Below are positions 22,857 to 24,000 of a stretch of DNA of 24,000 nucleotides, one piece after another (positions within the stretch are counted from its first letter, which is position 1; every line of letters begins with the position of its first letter). The position numbers and the translations under genes are program-made. Below the pieces are notes generated by a model. The model saw only the letters and a program-made list of their open reading frames with translations, did not search any database and had not been told where the DNA came from. The stretch comes from an uncultured Candidatus Saccharimonas sp. (lineage in GTDB: Bacteria; Patescibacteriota; Saccharimonadia; Saccharimonadales; AWTP1-31), in assembly GCA_943353855.1 (NCBI GenBank), contig CALRBD010000006.1, positions 1 through 24,000 of the forward strand, given 5' to 3'.

Positions 22857-24000
22857 CTCTTTTTCCTCTTCCACCCTTGCGAGTACGATCCCTTCGACCA
22901 CTGCCGCCAGCAGCTTGTGGCCTATTTTTGCTGAAGTTTAGTTCTCGCGGCTGTATTATGCGTTTTGCCCCCGGTGAGCTATCTTTTCTCCCGGGACCTT
23001 TCGTAAGTATTTCCTGTCTTGACCTTTGTCTTGGTCGAGGAGTTGAAGTAGGGGTTTCCTCTGGCGGAGGTATTGGGGTTGGTTTTACTTCAATTGTTCC
23101 TGGGCCGCCAGGTATTGGCCTAGGACCAAATCCTGCAGGCGGTCTTGGTCCAACTGATGTTGGACGAGGTGCTCTAGGACTAATACCTCCCCTTATAGAA
23201 CCTAATCCTGCTCCAATTCCAACGGCTGCCAGTAATAGCAAAACTTCTCCCGGGATCTCTATTCTAAATAGCCAGCTATTCTTCTCGATAGAAGGCTGTA
23301 CAGTCGCTCGAACTTCTGGAGGTAGTTCCACTACAGTTGTTATAAAAGTACCGTCTTCTACAGTTTCAGTCTTAGATGCATGAATTTCATACGCCACGCC
23401 ACGGTTATTCACTAGAGTCTCCATTAGTAGTTGGGTCTGTTCTGGATTTAGTCCACCAACATGGGTATTAAAGCGTTCCGTTAGTTCGCCGACACTTATA
23501 CCAAGCTCTTTGGCAGCTGAAGTTAATTGCGCCATTTGTTCTAATGTCGGCTCTACTTCATTTCCTCCGACCATAATCGGAACTCCCGATAACTCAACGC
23601 CTTGCTTTTCCATCTCAGTCTGTAATGCGTCGGCGCCTCTTTGCCCTCTTTGTTCGGCAAGTTGTATATTGTTGAGTGAAGGTTCGCCAATATTGGCAGA
23701 AGGACTATTCACTGTATGATCTTCCCCGCTCGCTTTACCAGTGACACGAACAGAAGTAACAGTGTATCCATTCTTAATAAGGTCAAGTGTCTCCTGAGTG
23801 ATTTTTTCGGCGGGAGTCAGTGCCTGCTCAAAGGTTGCAATGTCCGTTTCGAAGTCACGCTCGTACTGAGTATTTCCTTTATCTTCACCAGATATTGATG
23901 TTTCAGTAGTAACTTCTTTAGTACCCGGAGTTATGACCGTCTTAGTTCCGCCATCTACAGTTTCATACGTTGTTTCGCCGGGAGTAGTTTCTGTAGACTC
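22852..24000 (-). CDS. hypothetical tail-anchored protein, 5'-truncated by the window edge: Thr/Glu-rich region, possible OmpA-like motif, TM helix, Pro-rich basic tail
   Basis: The track starts this ORF at a GTG at 23712. I translated the same frame upstream and found no stop up to nt 24000 (...ESTETTPGETTYETVDGGTKTVITPGTKEVTTETSISGEDKGNTQYERDFETDIATFEQALTPAEKITQETLDLIKNGYTVTSVRVTGKASGEDHTV-NSPSANIG...), so the gene probably begins beyond the window. It contains NNIQLAEQRGQRGADALQTEMEKQGVELSGVPIMVGGNEVEP (loosely OmpA_C-like), a TM helix (VLLLLAAVGIGAGLGSI), then PRPTSVGPRPPAGFGPRPIPGGPG and a polybasic end (RRDRTRKGGRGKRG). Confidence 0.55.
   Translation of the reverse strand, partial: ESTETTPGETTYETVDGGTKTVITPGTKEVTTETSISGEDKGNTQYERDFETDIATFEQALTPAEKITQETLDLIKNGYTVTSVRVTGKASGEDHTVNSPSANIGEPSLNNIQLAEQRGQRGADALQTEMEKQGVELSGVPIMVGGNEVEPTLEQMAQLTSAAKELGISVGELTERFNTHVGGLNPEQTQLLMETLVNNRGVAYEIHASKTETVEDGTFITTVVELPPEVRATVQPSIEKNSWLFRIEIPGEVLLLLAAVGIGAGLGSIRGGISPRAPRPTSVGPRPPAGFGPRPIPGGPGTIEVKPTPIPPPEETPTSTPRPRQRSRQEILTKGPGRKDSSPGAKRIIQPRELNFSKNRPQAAGGSGRRDRTRKGGRGKRG

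Overview
This window covers the replication-origin neighbourhood of a small bacterial chromosome. The protein families suggest a Patescibacteria/CPR organism such as Saccharibacteria, but that assignment is inference only. At the left edge, yidC (partial), rnpA and rpmH lie on the minus strand and diverge from dnaA-dnaN-recF on the plus strand. DnaA-box clusters sit on both sides of dnaA. From about 4.9 to 21.0 kb the window holds a type IV secretion-like locus in two divergent operons. The first is a 13.4-kb minus-strand operon of eight tightly packed genes:
- a VirB6/TrbL-like channel protein carrying a C-terminal phage tail-fibre S74 chaperone domain
- a very basic protein with an internal tandem repeat
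- a PrgI/VirB3-like protein
- a Pro/Gln-rich protein
- a VirB4 ATPase
- a 1183-aa membrane-anchored SGNH esterase plus M23 peptidase
- a secreted lysozyme plus C39-like peptidase
- a small bitopic protein
The second is a plus-strand operon of six tandem VirB2/TrbC-like pilin paralogs. I found no relaxase, VirD4-type coupling protein, integrase, transposase, CRISPR array or phage structural gene in the window. The right end carries an Hsp20 gene, three tRNA genes (Ser-UGA, Arg-GCG, Ser-GCU) with their own promoters and terminators, a small membrane protein, and a 5'-truncated gene for a tail-anchored Pro-rich basic protein. All calls rest on reading the translations and sequence by eye. No database search was run.
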